64,000 nt of DNA. It comes from Armatimonadota bacterium (GTDB lineage Bacteria > Armatimonadota > Fimbriimonadia > Fimbriimonadales > GBS-DC). Below are positions 8,696 through 18,105 of the stretch, in pieces. The first letter of the stretch is position 1. Each line of letters begins with the position of its first letter. Made by a program: the position numbers and the translations under genes. Under the pieces are notes generated by a model, which did not search any database, was not told the DNA's origin, and saw nothing but the letters and a program-made list of their open reading frames with translations. The stretch covers positions 1 through 64,000 of the forward strand of contig JBBIJY010000002.1 of NCBI GenBank assembly GCA_037445735.1, written 5' to 3'.

Positions 8696-10210
8696 CTACA
8701 ACTGCTGTGTCCACTGGAGCCACCAGCCGCAGCGGGCGTCGGGCAGGCTGCTATCGCGCAGGTGGCGCGTGCGGTAGCGCAGGCTGATCAGCCCGTTCGG
8801 GGCAATCTGATAGCCCAGCTGCAGGTCGAACTGGTAGCCACGCTCGCCTGGCAGCCAGTCGTGGAACCGTCCGATGTTGATGCCCTCCGCCGCGATGAGC
8901 CAGCGGCCGCGCTCCCACTCGAAGCGGGCGTAAAGTCCGCGCCGATTGGAGTCGAAGGGATGCCCCATCGGCAGGTTCTGGTAGGTGTAGGCGTAGCGGG
9001 GATCGTGCCCCGCCGCGCCGTAGGTGCCGCCGTTATCGGTGCCGTCGGTCAGCACGCCTTCGAGAATGAGGCGCGTGTCGGGTGTCGGCTTGATGCGAAT
9101 CCCGACCAGCGTGGCGACCTTGCGCGGTGTGTTCGCGCCGCGACCGCCCAGCAAGTCGGGCGCACGAATGTCATCGATCAGCCAGAACAGGTAGAGGCGA
9201 TCGGTCTCGTTCAACCGATAGGTGATGCCGATCTCCGCCAGATAGTTGAACCATCCAGAGCCAATCTCGGCGCGGCTCATCCACTTCTGATAGAGGTAGT
9301 AGGGCACGATCTGGCTGACCGCGCCGTTGGGCAGGCGCAGAGCTTTGAACGCCTCCGCCAGTGAGAGGCTCCAGCGCGAGCCGAGCGAGCGACTGAATCG
9401 CCGTCCGCCCCACCAGACCGTCTGACCGTCCTGCTCGAACTGCGCGAAGAACTGTTCGAACTGCCATTCGCCGATGAGGGGCAGTCGCATGGGGAAGGCG
9501 ACGCGGGCGTAGAGCACAGGGGGCATGGCGTCGTTGATAAGCAGGGCGCCGCTGTAGCCGCCTGCCCAGCGCAGGTTCGCGCGACCCAGTTGCCACTCCC
9601 AGTCGCCCGTGCGGAAGGTGAGGCGGGCGAGCGGCACGGTATCGAAGGCGGCGGGGTTTGTGCCCTCACGCCGTGCCGAGTCGCTTGCCACCATCTCCAG
9701 CAGTGCCTGCTCGCCCAGCGCGAACAGCCCCACCACGCGATAGACACCCTTCGGCGATGTTGCCCAATCACTATCGGTCGGATAGCCAAAGCCGTCCAGC
9801 GTGAGAAGCAGTGCGCCCCGTTGCGGCGATAAGCGCTCCGCCTGCCGCAGACGCCACTGGAGGATGGCAACAGCGCCATCAGCCCCCTCACCCGTATCCT
9901 CTCCCCCGCAGGCGGGGGAGAGGGCTGAATGAACTCCCTCTCCCCAAGCTTGGGGAGAGGGTTGGGGTGAGGGGTTTTCTGCAAGCGTGCGGTGCATAGC
10001 CCCCTCACCCATACCCTCTTCTCCAGAGGGGGAGAGGGGTTTGATGATTCGCAGAAATTCGTCCATGCTTCGGGGGACGCGGGCGAGCGCGGAAGGGGTG
10101 CGGGTTCTGTGCGTTAGCAGGTCATAGAGCGGGTCATCCCGAACGGGCAGCTGCTGGGCGAGAGCCGACAGCAGTGGCATCAGGGCGAGCGTTGCAACGC
10201 CGCGCTTCAC
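8696..10210 (-). CDS. Capsule assembly Wzi-like outer-membrane protein carrying an in-frame palindromic-repeat insertion
   Basis: Signal peptide, LGRANLRWAGGYSGALLINDAMPP resembles the Wzi motif, beta-strand-rich C-terminus; overlaps the sugar dehydratase stop by 4 nt. Confidence 0.6.
   Translation of the reverse strand: MKRGVATLALMPLLSALAQQLPVRDDPLYDLLTHRTRTPSALARVPRSMDEFLRIIKPLSPSGEEGMGEGAMHRTLAENPSPQPSPQAWGEGVHSALSPACGGEDTGEGADGAVAILQWRLRQAERLSPQRGALLLTLDGFGYPTDSDWATSPKGVYRVVGLFALGEQALLEMVASDSARREGTNPAAFDTVPLARLTFRTGDWEWQLGRANLRWAGGYSGALLINDAMPPVLYARVAFPMRLPLIGEWQFEQFFAQFEQDGQTVWWGGRRFSRSLGSRWSLSLAEAFKALRLPNGAVSQIVPYYLYQKWMSRAEIGSGWFNYLAEIGITYRLNETDRLYLFWLIDDIRAPDLLGGRGANTPRKVATLVGIRIKPTPDTRLILEGVLTDGTDNGGTYGAAGHDPRYAYTYQNLPMGHPFDSNRRGLYARFEWERGRWLIAAEGINIGRFHDWLPGERGYQFDLQLGYQIAPNGLISLRYRTRHLRDSSLPDARCGWWLQWTQQL
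9882..10041. repeat. Three units of the CCCCTCACCC-CCCTCTCCC..GGGAGAGGG palindromic element inside the Wzi-like CDS
   Basis: Related copies at 20581-20721, 34889-34927, 57213-57234 and 63329-63418. Confidence 0.85.
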
Positions 10211-12117
10211 GCCTGCACCACCCCACGCCCCGACATGGATGGCGGCACGCGCCGACCCGTCGCCAGCTCCATCAGGAAGGCGCGCGCTTCATCGGCACGC
10301 TCCTTATCGCACAGCTCCATCAGCATCTCCAGCTGACCCCGCAGCCAGTCCCAGTCGGGCGCGTCCCCGTTGCGCACGCGCCGAATCTTCTCATGCACCG
10401 TCGACTCCAGGTCCTCTTCCGAATAGTGCAGTTCCTCGTGCAGCTTCTCGCCAGGGCGCATACCTGTGAACACAATCTTGATGTCTTTTTCGGGCACCAG
10501 CCCGTAGAGGCGGATGAGGTCGTACGCCATATCCAGAATGCGGATAGGCTCGCCCATATCCAGAATGAAGATGTCGCCTTTGCTGGGCAGTGCGCCCGCG
10601 AGCAGCACCAGATGCACCGCTTCCGCGATGCTCATGAAGTAGCGGCGCATCTCGGGATGGGTGATGCGCACGGGACCGCCCTTTTCGATCTGCATCTGCA
10701 AAGTCGGGATGACGCTCCCGCGGCTGCCCAGCACATTGCCGAACCGCACAATCGCGAACTCGGTCTGGCTCTGGTGCGCGAGCGCGCTGATAATCATCTC
10801 GCCGACGCGCTTGGTCGCGCCCATGATGCTGACGGGCTTGACCGCTTTATCGGTGGAGATGTAGACGAACTTGCGCACGCCGTGCCGCACCGATTCCTCC
10901 GCCATCACCCATGCGCCCAGCACATTGTTTTTGATGGCTTCGATGGGATTGCTTTCCATCAGGGGCACATGCTTGTGCGCGGCGGTGTGGAACACGAGCG
11001 TGGGCTGTTCCTGACGCATGATGCTGGCGATGCGGGTGGCGTCGCGCACATCGGCAATCACGCAGCGGGGTTCATAGCCGAAGTCGGCGATCATCTCCTG
11101 CTCCACCTGATAGATGCTGTTTTCGCCTTTGCCCAGCAGAATGAGGCTGGCGGGACCGACCTGCACCACCTGACGCGCCAGCTCGCTGCCGATGGAGCCG
11201 CCCGCGCCCGTGATCAGCACCCGCTCGCCCTCCACATAGTCGGAAACGGCTCGCATCTTGAAGACCACTGGCTCGCGGCGGAGCAGGTCTTCGATGTTCA
11301 CCTCCCGAATCTGGGCGAGTTGCACTCCATGCTCAAACACGGCGGGGATGGAGGGCAGGATGCGCACGCGCGCGCTGGTGCGCCGACACAGCTCAAAGAT
11401 GCGCCGGATCACCCCTCCAGGGGCGGAAGGGATCGCGATGATAATATCCTGCACCCGATGCTCTTCCACAAGGCGCGGGATGTCGGCAGTTGTGCCCAGG
11501 CAGGGATAGCCGTGAATGCTGGTGTGCCGTTTGGCGGGGTTATCGTCCACGAAGCCGATGACGCGATACCCACTATTCGGGTTGCGGCGGGTTTCACGCA
11601 TCAGCATCTCGCCCGCGTCGCCGCCGCCGACGATGAGCGTGGTGCGCTGGGTCAGCCCGGAGCCTGTGTCGGAACGGTACCACTCATACAGGCGGCGTCC
11701 CACTCGCGGCGCGACCAGCGCACCCGTCGCGAGACACCCGAACAGCACTGGCTCCGCCCAGCGCAGCTCGCGCTGAAACAGAGAGCTGCCAAGCATCGCC
11801 AGCGCCAGCTCCGCCAGAGTGATAATCGCGCCCACCTGCAGGATGTTGACCACATCCGACAGCCCGATGTAGCGACTATGCACACGGTGCAGGCGCTTGC
11901 CAAACAGCAGGAGAAGGGTCAGTGCGGATAGCAGGGGCGCGGCGCCCGATAAAAAGAAGCGGTCCGCTGACCCAAGGCGAAAGTTGCCTGCCAGCCCAAC
12001 CGCCAGCGCCAGTGCAATCCCGATGAGCAGCGCATCTGTCAGAGCAACTCCGATCAGCCGTCCGTAGACAGCCCCGCGCTCCTGCCAGAGTTGCCCGAAC
12101 CGCCCTATCAATTTCAA
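10207..12117 (-). CDS. Membrane-anchored nucleoside-diphosphate sugar 4,6-dehydratase (CapD/PglF/WbpM family)
   Basis: 4 N-terminal TMs, GGGDAG, ITGAGGSIGSEL, HTAAHKHVP, STDKAV, MGATKR, RFGNVLGSRGSV, GMRPGEKLHEEL; TTG start with GGAGGG RBS. Confidence 0.92.
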   Translation of the reverse strand: MKLIGRFGQLWQERGAVYGRLIGVALTDALLIGIALALAVGLAGNFRLGSADRFFLSGAAPLLSALTLLLLFGKRLHRVHSRYIGLSDVVNILQVGAIITLAELALAMLGSSLFQRELRWAEPVLFGCLATGALVAPRVGRRLYEWYRSDTGSGLTQRTTLIVGGGDAGEMLMRETRRNPNSGYRVIGFVDDNPAKRHTSIHGYPCLGTTADIPRLVEEHRVQDIIIAIPSAPGGVIRRIFELCRRTSARVRILPSIPAVFEHGVQLAQIREVNIEDLLRREPVVFKMRAVSDYVEGERVLITGAGGSIGSELARQVVQVGPASLILLGKGENSIYQVEQEMIADFGYEPRCVIADVRDATRIASIMRQEQPTLVFHTAAHKHVPLMESNPIEAIKNNVLGAWVMAEESVRHGVRKFVYISTDKAVKPVSIMGATKRVGEMIISALAHQSQTEFAIVRFGNVLGSRGSVIPTLQMQIEKGGPVRITHPEMRRYFMSIAEAVHLVLLAGALPSKGDIFILDMGEPIRILDMAYDLIRLYGLVPEKDIKIVFTGMRPGEKLHEELHYSEEDLESTVHEKIRRVRNGDAPDWDWLRGQLEMLMELCDKERADEARAFLMELATGRRVPPSMSGRGVVQA

Positions 12118-12143
12118 TGTTTCCCTCCATAGATGCCTGATGG

Positions 12144-12151
12144 CTACCGCC
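12144..12151 (-). promoter_or_regulatory. ops-like GGCGGTAG element in the leader of the polysaccharide genes
   Basis: Exact GGCGGTAG on the coding strand ~26 nt upstream of the start, preceded by a CTGGCT-CGGAG-AGCCAG hairpin. Confidence 0.45.
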
Positions 12152-12301
12152 TCTGGCTCTCCGAGCCAGCTCGAACCGGCTGTGCCCTCCCGCCTCTTGC
12201 AAGGCGGACTGATCCGTTTATGAGCACTGGGAGTATACCCGCTCTTTCATAGACGGTTATACCCCTCTGTCAGGTTCGCGAAGGTTTGTGGATAATCCTG
12301 T

Positions 12302-13210
12302 TCAACTCTCCAGCTGCTGGAAGAAGGCGGGCTGGTCGCGCCAGCGCTCGCGCACCTTGACCCACAGCTCCAGATAGATCCGCCGTCCCAGCCATAGCTC
12401 CAGCTCCTCCCGCACCTGCTGACCAATCTTCTTGAGCATTCTACCCTTCTCGCCAATCACGATGCCCTTGTGCGACTCGCGTTCCACATAGATGGTGGCG
12501 CTGATGACCAGCACGCCGTTGGGCTGCTCCACCCAGCGTTCGATGGCGACGCCGATTCCGTAGGGCACTTCCTGATAGGTGTTGAGCAGTACCTTCTCGC
12601 GAATGATCTCGGCTGCGAACAGGCGTTCTGACTGGTCGGTGATCTGGTCAGGCGGAAAGAAGGGCGGATTGGGCGGCAGGTGCTTGAGAATCAGTTCCAG
12701 CAGCTTGTCGCAGTTGTGCCCTTTGACGGCGTTGGTCATCATCCAGTCGGCATGCTGCGGCACCAGTTGCCAGTAGGCTTCGGTGTGGGGCTTGACCTTT
12801 TCAGGCGGGAGCTGATCCATCTTGTTCAGCACAAGGATGATAGGCACGCGCGCCTCCTTCTGGAGTATGCGGGCAATCTGTTCGTCCTCGGCGCTGGGCG
12901 GGCGCGACACATCACAGACGAAGAGAATCAGGTCGGCATCGGGCAGGGAGCCGAGCGCTGCCTCCACCATCTGCTCGCCCAGTTTGTATTTGGGCTTGTG
13001 GATGCCAGGCGTGTCCACGAACACGATCTGGGCGTTGGGCAGATGGGTGATGCCCAGGATTCGGCGACGGGTGGTCTGGGGGCGTGGTGAGACGATGCTC
13101 ACCTTCCGCCCCACGAAGCGGTTGACCAGAGTGCTTTTGCCCACATTCGGCTTGCCGATGACCGCCACGAAGCCCGCGCGGAAATCGGAAGCGGTGGTTG
13201 GCTCGCTCAT
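12302..13210 (-). CDS. era: GTPase Era
   Basis: GKPNVGKSTL, PQTTR, DTPG, NKMD, C-terminal KH domain (GIVIGEKG). Confidence 0.97.
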   Translation of the reverse strand: MSEPTTASDFRAGFVAVIGKPNVGKSTLVNRFVGRKVSIVSPRPQTTRRRILGITHLPNAQIVFVDTPGIHKPKYKLGEQMVEAALGSLPDADLILFVCDVSRPPSAEDEQIARILQKEARVPIILVLNKMDQLPPEKVKPHTEAYWQLVPQHADWMMTNAVKGHNCDKLLELILKHLPPNPPFFPPDQITDQSERLFAAEIIREKVLLNTYQEVPYGIGVAIERWVEQPNGVLVISATIYVERESHKGIVIGEKGRMLKKIGQQVREELELWLGRRIYLELWVKVRERWRDQPAFFQQLES

Positions 13211-13776
13211 TGCGCTGCCCCTTCGGTGTGGGTCTCCCGCTCATGGGCGCACGATTCGGGGGCGCGGTCGGTGCGGGCGATATAGCGTTCCAGATCGCGC
13301 AGGTCGTGGAAGTGGATGCCCGTCGCGTTGCGCAGCTCGCGAGCGGTCATCTCCGGATGGGCGAACACCATCACCCGCTTACCTTTCGCTCGCAACGCCT
13401 CCACCACCCGCTCGAAGTTGCCGTCGCCGCTGAAGATGGCGCACACATCGTAGTGATCCAGCGTCAGCATCATGTCGAGCGTCATATCGACGGTCAGCTC
13501 CACGCGCTCCCAGGACGGCTCGTCGCGCGTCTCACAGCAGCCCTTGATCGGTCGCGCCCGCACCACATAGCCCGAATGGAGCAGATAGTCGTGAAAGGTT
13601 GCATCGCGCCCCCGCATGGTCGGGTCGAACGCCGTGTAATAGAAGGCGTCCGCGACCTGCATGCCCAGATGGGTGCGAAAGTAGCACAGCAGCCGCCGAT
13701 AGTCCAGAAACCAGCCTAACCGCTTCTGTGCGTAATACATATTCGCGCCATCCACAAAGATCGAAACACGCTCCAC
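13207..13776 (-). CDS. NYN domain (LabA/DUF88) protein
   Basis: IFVDGANM, SGDGNF, V-ALRAKGKRV, ELRNAT motifs; coupled to era. Confidence 0.85.
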   Translation of the reverse strand: MERVSIFVDGANMYYAQKRLGWFLDYRRLLCYFRTHLGMQVADAFYYTAFDPTMRGRDATFHDYLLHSGYVVRARPIKGCCETRDEPSWERVELTVDMTLDMMLTLDHYDVCAIFSGDGNFERVVEALRAKGKRVMVFAHPEMTARELRNATGIHFHDLRDLERYIARTDRAPESCAHERETHTEGAAQ

Positions 13777-13904
13777 CAGAAAGCACCTCCTGCCAGGTGA
13801 TATAAAGATACCCGCTCTATCCCCGCTCTATCGCGCCTTTCCTGCTCGATAAAGGGCGCAGAACAGCTCAATCTTGAAACGGGTATACTGATTCCAATCC
13901 CGAG

Positions 13905-15068
13905 ATGAAGGTGTTCACGACGGATCGGGCGGTGGTGGCGCTGGGGGAGATTGGCGGGCGTGTTCGGGTGGATGAGCGCACGAAGCGACTGGTGCAGCGC
14001 CTGCGCAAAGGTGAGATCGCCATCATTGCCCATCGCGATATCGATGTGCTGGCGGCGCGTGCACTGATCGAACGCGCGCCCCGCGCCATCATCAACGCCG
14101 AACCTTCCTTCACCGGGCGGTTCCCCACCTATGGCGCCCTGCTGATTCTTCAGGCAGGTATCCCGATTCTGGACAGGGTGGGGCACGCCTTCTTTGAAGC
14201 GGTGTCGGAGGGTCAGCGGGTGCGAATCGTGGGCAATCGTGCGATTGCGGAGAGCGGCGTCGAGGCGCAGGGCGTGTGGCTGGATGCCGACGCGCTCCAG
14301 CGCGAGATTGCAGCCGCGCGGGAGCGGCTGAGCATGGAACTGCAGGCGTTCGCTGCCAACACGCTGGAGTATCTCCAGCACGAGTGGAAGCTGCTGCTGG
14401 AGCCGCTGGCGCTGCCCGCGTTGCGCACGCCCATTCGCGGTCGGCATGCGGTGGTGGTGGTGCGCGGGCGCAACTACGAGCGCGACCTGGACGCACTGCG
14501 GGTGTACCTGCGTGAAACGCGCCCTGTGCTGATTGCGGTGGACGGCGCCGCTGATGCCTTGCTGCAACGCGGGCTGAAACCCCATCTCATCATTGGGGAT
14601 ATGGACAGTGTGTCGGAGCGGGCGCTGTGCTGCGGAGCGGAGCTGATAGCGCACGGCTATGTGGACGCCGACCGCCCCTCGCCGGGCTGGGAACGGTGTC
14701 AGCGGCTGGGTCTATCGGCGCACCTGCTGCGCGCGCCCGGCACCAGCGAGGATGTCGCCATGCTACTGGCGTACGAATCGGGCGCGGAACTCATCGTGGC
14801 GGTCGGCAGCCATTTCAGCCTGGAGGAGTTTCTGGAGAAGGGGCGAGCGGGCATGGCATCCACGATGCTCACGCGCATGAAGGTCGGCTCGCGACTGGTG
14901 GATGCCAAGGGAGTGAGTCTGCTGTTCCAGTCGCGTCGGTCGATGGGCGCGCTGGTGTGGCTCTTTCTGGCGGCGCTGGCGCCCATCGTCGTCGCGATCG
15001 CCCTCTCGCCCACGGGACGCTTCCTGCTCAAACTCATTCGCACCTGGTGGCGTGTCTGGTTCGGATGA
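13905..15068 (+). CDS. SteA-like membrane-anchored protein (thiamine pyrophosphokinase-like domain)
   Basis: RTKRLVQRL..G-IAIIAHRDID, AVDGAADAL, IIGDMDSVS, GTSEDVAMLLA, GRAGMAST, C-terminal TM. Confidence 0.8.
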   Translation: MKVFTTDRAVVALGEIGGRVRVDERTKRLVQRLRKGEIAIIAHRDIDVLAARALIERAPRAIINAEPSFTGRFPTYGALLILQAGIPILDRVGHAFFEAVSEGQRVRIVGNRAIAESGVEAQGVWLDADALQREIAAARERLSMELQAFAANTLEYLQHEWKLLLEPLALPALRTPIRGRHAVVVVRGRNYERDLDALRVYLRETRPVLIAVDGAADALLQRGLKPHLIIGDMDSVSERALCCGAELIAHGYVDADRPSPGWERCQRLGLSAHLLRAPGTSEDVAMLLAYESGAELIVAVGSHFSLEEFLEKGRAGMASTMLTRMKVGSRLVDAKGVSLLFQSRRSMGALVWLFLAALAPIVVAIALSPTGRFLLKLIRTWWRVWFG

Positions 15069-15076
15069 TGGAACAG

Positions 15077-16150
15077 CTAACACTCCTGCCCGAAGCTGAA
15101 CAGGATTTCGAGCAGATCGGTGTCGTTGACCGCCCCATCACCATTCACATCGGCTGTGCCACAGTTGCTGGTGCAGCCAAAGGCGAACAGCACGAGTAGT
15201 AGATCGGTATCGTCCACAAAGCCATTACCGTTCACATCGCTGGCACAGCCTTCCGTATTCAGCCAGAACGCGGTGGTCGCGCCCCAGTTAGTGCCGATCC
15301 TCACATAACTGCCCCCGCCCACGATGCATCTTCCATCGGGAGTGACAGCTCTCGCCTCGGTCAGGGTCGAGCCGTTGGTGAGCAGGTTGGCATAGGTCTG
15401 ATTGAGGTTTTCCATCCCGCGACTGGCTGTCCACCGAAAAGCAGTATTGATGCCAGGAATCCTCGTGTACACATTGCCAACCACCACGCGTCCCTCGTCC
15501 GAGACACCATAGGCGGTGCTGTAATCACCGAAGGTGCCCAGATCCTCGATGCCGCCGAACCAGCGGACAGCGCGGAAGGAGTTGCCAGCCGCGGCGGAGA
15601 CGCCGACCACCACAACTCCATTTGCCGACACACCATAGGCGGTACTGTAGTCGTTGCCTGCCAGCGAGCCGAGATTTTCCATGGTTCCGCCTTGCCAGCG
15701 GAAAGCAAGCTCGGCGCCGCGCGCGTCTCTGGCCCAGCCAACCACCACGCGCCCGTCCGCGGAAACATCGAACGCGGCGCTGAACGAGCCGCCCAGCGTG
15801 CCCAGGTCGATCATCACGCCGTTCTCCCAGCGAAAGGCGCGATAGGTGCCGCTGGCAGTGTACGAGCCGCCGACCACCACACGACCATCCGCCGAGACAT
15901 CGTTCGCCCAGCTGGTGAAACCACCGAGATCGCCGAGATCCTGAATGACACCGTTTTCCCAGCGCGCGGCGCGCCAGACCCCGTAAGAGTCCTTGGCGCG
16001 TCCGACCACCACACGACCATCTGCCGAAACGCTGTAGCCCTCACTCTCGCCACCACCGAGATTGGTCAGCCAGATCAGGCGCTGCGAGAAGCCTGCGGGC
16101 ATTAGCGCCAGCAATGCCAGCATCACCATACTTGACCGAACCACTCGCAT
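15077..16150 (-). CDS. Secreted HAF-repeat (beta-propeller) protein with C-terminal dockerin-like domain
   Basis: Signal peptide; repeated VSADGRVVVG..AFRWENG..DLGTLGG; paired DVNGNG/DVNGDG..D-DLL..F-FG tail; start at ATG 16150 with AGGAGG. Confidence 0.85.
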   Translation of the reverse strand: MRVVRSSMVMLALLALMPAGFSQRLIWLTNLGGGESEGYSVSADGRVVVGRAKDSYGVWRAARWENGVIQDLGDLGGFTSWANDVSADGRVVVGGSYTASGTYRAFRWENGVMIDLGTLGGSFSAAFDVSADGRVVVGWARDARGAELAFRWQGGTMENLGSLAGNDYSTAYGVSANGVVVVGVSAAAGNSFRAVRWFGGIEDLGTFGDYSTAYGVSDEGRVVVGNVYTRIPGINTAFRWTASRGMENLNQTYANLLTNGSTLTEARAVTPDGRCIVGGGSYVRIGTNWGATTAFWLNTEGCASDVNGNGFVDDTDLLLVLFAFGCTSNCGTADVNGDGAVNDTDLLEILFSFGQEC

Positions 16151-16314
16151 ACTGTTCCTCCTGTTCACAAAAGTTTTGCCGATGACGATTCCGCCAGCAG
16201 TGCCGCAACCGTTCCCATCTAACTTCCCGTTCCTGCGACTGCACGCTTCCTCGATCACCATCTGACATTATACATCACCTGCACCCTTTGTCAGGGGACA
16301 GGTATGCTTGTTGA

Positions 16315-18036
16315 TTGATGATGCAGCGGTCCATTCCGTTCGATAGCCTGAGCCTCTATGCGGTGCTGACCGAGTGCCGCGTGCTGACAGGCGGGCGACT
16401 GCAGGAGGTACGCCAGCCTGAGCCGCTGACGATTGTGCTGCATCTGTATGCTCATCGGCAGGAGCATCGGCTGCTGGTTTCAGCAGACCCACAGTTTGCC
16501 CGCATGCACCTGATCACGCGCCGCTTGCCCAACGCGCCGACGCCGCCCCCCTTCTGCCAGAGCCTGCGCAAGCATCTGGAGGGCGCAACCCTGCGCGCCC
16601 TCTATCAGATTGGGTTCGACCGCATCGTGCAGATGGAGTTCGAAACGCGCGCGGGCATCTATCGGCTGATTATCGAGCTGATGGGCAAGCATTCGAATAT
16701 CTTTCTGGTGCATGGCACGGGCTTGATTCAGAGCGCGCTCAAGTGGGTGTCGCCGCGCCAGAGCCAGAGTCGCCCGATTCGGTCAGGCGAGCCGTATCGG
16801 TTGCCGCCCACGCGCGTTGAGGGCTTGCTCAATCCGCTGCTGATGAGCGATTCGGAGTGGCACGCGCTCTGGGCACGCCTGCAATCGGAGCCAGAGCGCG
16901 ACTGGGGCGCGTTTATTGAGGGGCTGAGTCGGTTCACGGCGGGCGAGCTGGAGCAGCGGGCGCAGGCGGCGGGGCTGGAAGGGCTGCTGGAGTGGGCGCA
17001 TGCGGTGCGCGAGGCGCGCTGGTCACCCGTGCTGGTGCGTGAGCCGTCCAGCGGGCGGGCGCTGGGCGCGTACCCGCTCCCCTGCTCCCAGCTCCCGCGC
17101 GAATGGCAACACCCGCGCATTAGCGTCAACCTCGCGTGGGAGCAGGCGTTCAACGAACGCATCGAGCGCGCGACCGCCGAATCGCTGCATGCCACTCTGC
17201 AACCTGCCCTGCAGCGCGCCCTGCAGGCACGCGAACGCGCGATCGCCGACCTGCAAAGCGCCCTGCAGGAGAGCCAGCACGCAGACCGCTACCAGCTGAT
17301 GGGCGAGCTGATACTGGCGTTCGGGCACAGCCTGCCGTCAGGAAGCGAACGACTGCTCGCGCCCGACTACACCCGTCCCGATATGCCCCTGATCGAGATA
17401 CCGCTCGATCCAGCAAAGAGCCTTGCCGCGAACGCCCAGCGCTACTTTGAGAAGGCGCGGCGCGCCCGCCAGAATCGGGGCGGACTGCAGGCGCGCCTGC
17501 AGACGCTGTTAGCCGAGCGCGAGTCGATTCGCCACGCGCTGGCGCAACTGCAATCGGCGAGTTCCGACACAGGCACATTGCAGTCCCTGCTGGAGACGGC
17601 GCGGCGCAACGGCTGGCTGCGCGAGATGCCCGCCGAACGCCCCCCCACCCGCGCCGAAAAAGACCCCTTCGAAGGGCACAAAATCGGCGTCTACACCAGC
17701 CCCGACGGCTACACTATCCTGGTGGGCGAGACAGCCGATGCCAATGACTTCCTGCTCACGCGCGTTGCTCGCCCGAACGACTGGTGGCTGCATGTGCGCA
17801 CGGGCACTGGCGCCCATGTGATTATCCGCACCGATGGGCGTCCAGAGCGTGTGCCGCGCCGCACGCTGGAGTATGCCGCCCAGCTCGCCGCCCAGCACAG
17901 CGCCGATCGCCACGCCAGCATCGTGGAGGTCGACTACACCCTGCGCAAATATGTGCGCAAGCCACGCAACGCGCCCCCCGGCTTCGCCCTCTACACCCAC
18001 GAGAAAACGCTCGCCGTGCGACCAGGTAGCTCGTAG
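16315..18036 (+). CDS. rqcH: Ribosome quality control factor RqcH/Rqc2 (FbpA, NFACT family)
   Basis: PFCQSLRKHLEG, FDRIV, IELMGKHSNI, ANAQRYFEK, WWLHVR-GTGAHVI, VDYT-RKYVRKP. Confidence 0.9.
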   Translation: MMMQRSIPFDSLSLYAVLTECRVLTGGRLQEVRQPEPLTIVLHLYAHRQEHRLLVSADPQFARMHLITRRLPNAPTPPPFCQSLRKHLEGATLRALYQIGFDRIVQMEFETRAGIYRLIIELMGKHSNIFLVHGTGLIQSALKWVSPRQSQSRPIRSGEPYRLPPTRVEGLLNPLLMSDSEWHALWARLQSEPERDWGAFIEGLSRFTAGELEQRAQAAGLEGLLEWAHAVREARWSPVLVREPSSGRALGAYPLPCSQLPREWQHPRISVNLAWEQAFNERIERATAESLHATLQPALQRALQARERAIADLQSALQESQHADRYQLMGELILAFGHSLPSGSERLLAPDYTRPDMPLIEIPLDPAKSLAANAQRYFEKARRARQNRGGLQARLQTLLAERESIRHALAQLQSASSDTGTLQSLLETARRNGWLREMPAERPPTRAEKDPFEGHKIGVYTSPDGYTILVGETADANDFLLTRVARPNDWWLHVRTGTGAHVIIRTDGRPERVPRRTLEYAAQLAAQHSADRHASIVEVDYTLRKYVRKPRNAPPGFALYTHEKTLAVRPGSS

Positions 18037-18052
18037 CGGGGGCATCCTGCCC
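18033..18052 (+). repeat. GTAG-type REP-like palindrome overlapping the rqcH stop codon
   Basis: GTAGCGGGGGCATCCTGCCC, matching the copies at 19420 and 19485. Confidence 0.65.
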
Positions 18053-18105
18053 AAAACTCAGAAGCGAACAGGAACAGCATCGCCCGCGTCGAAAGGCGTA
18101 TCCGT

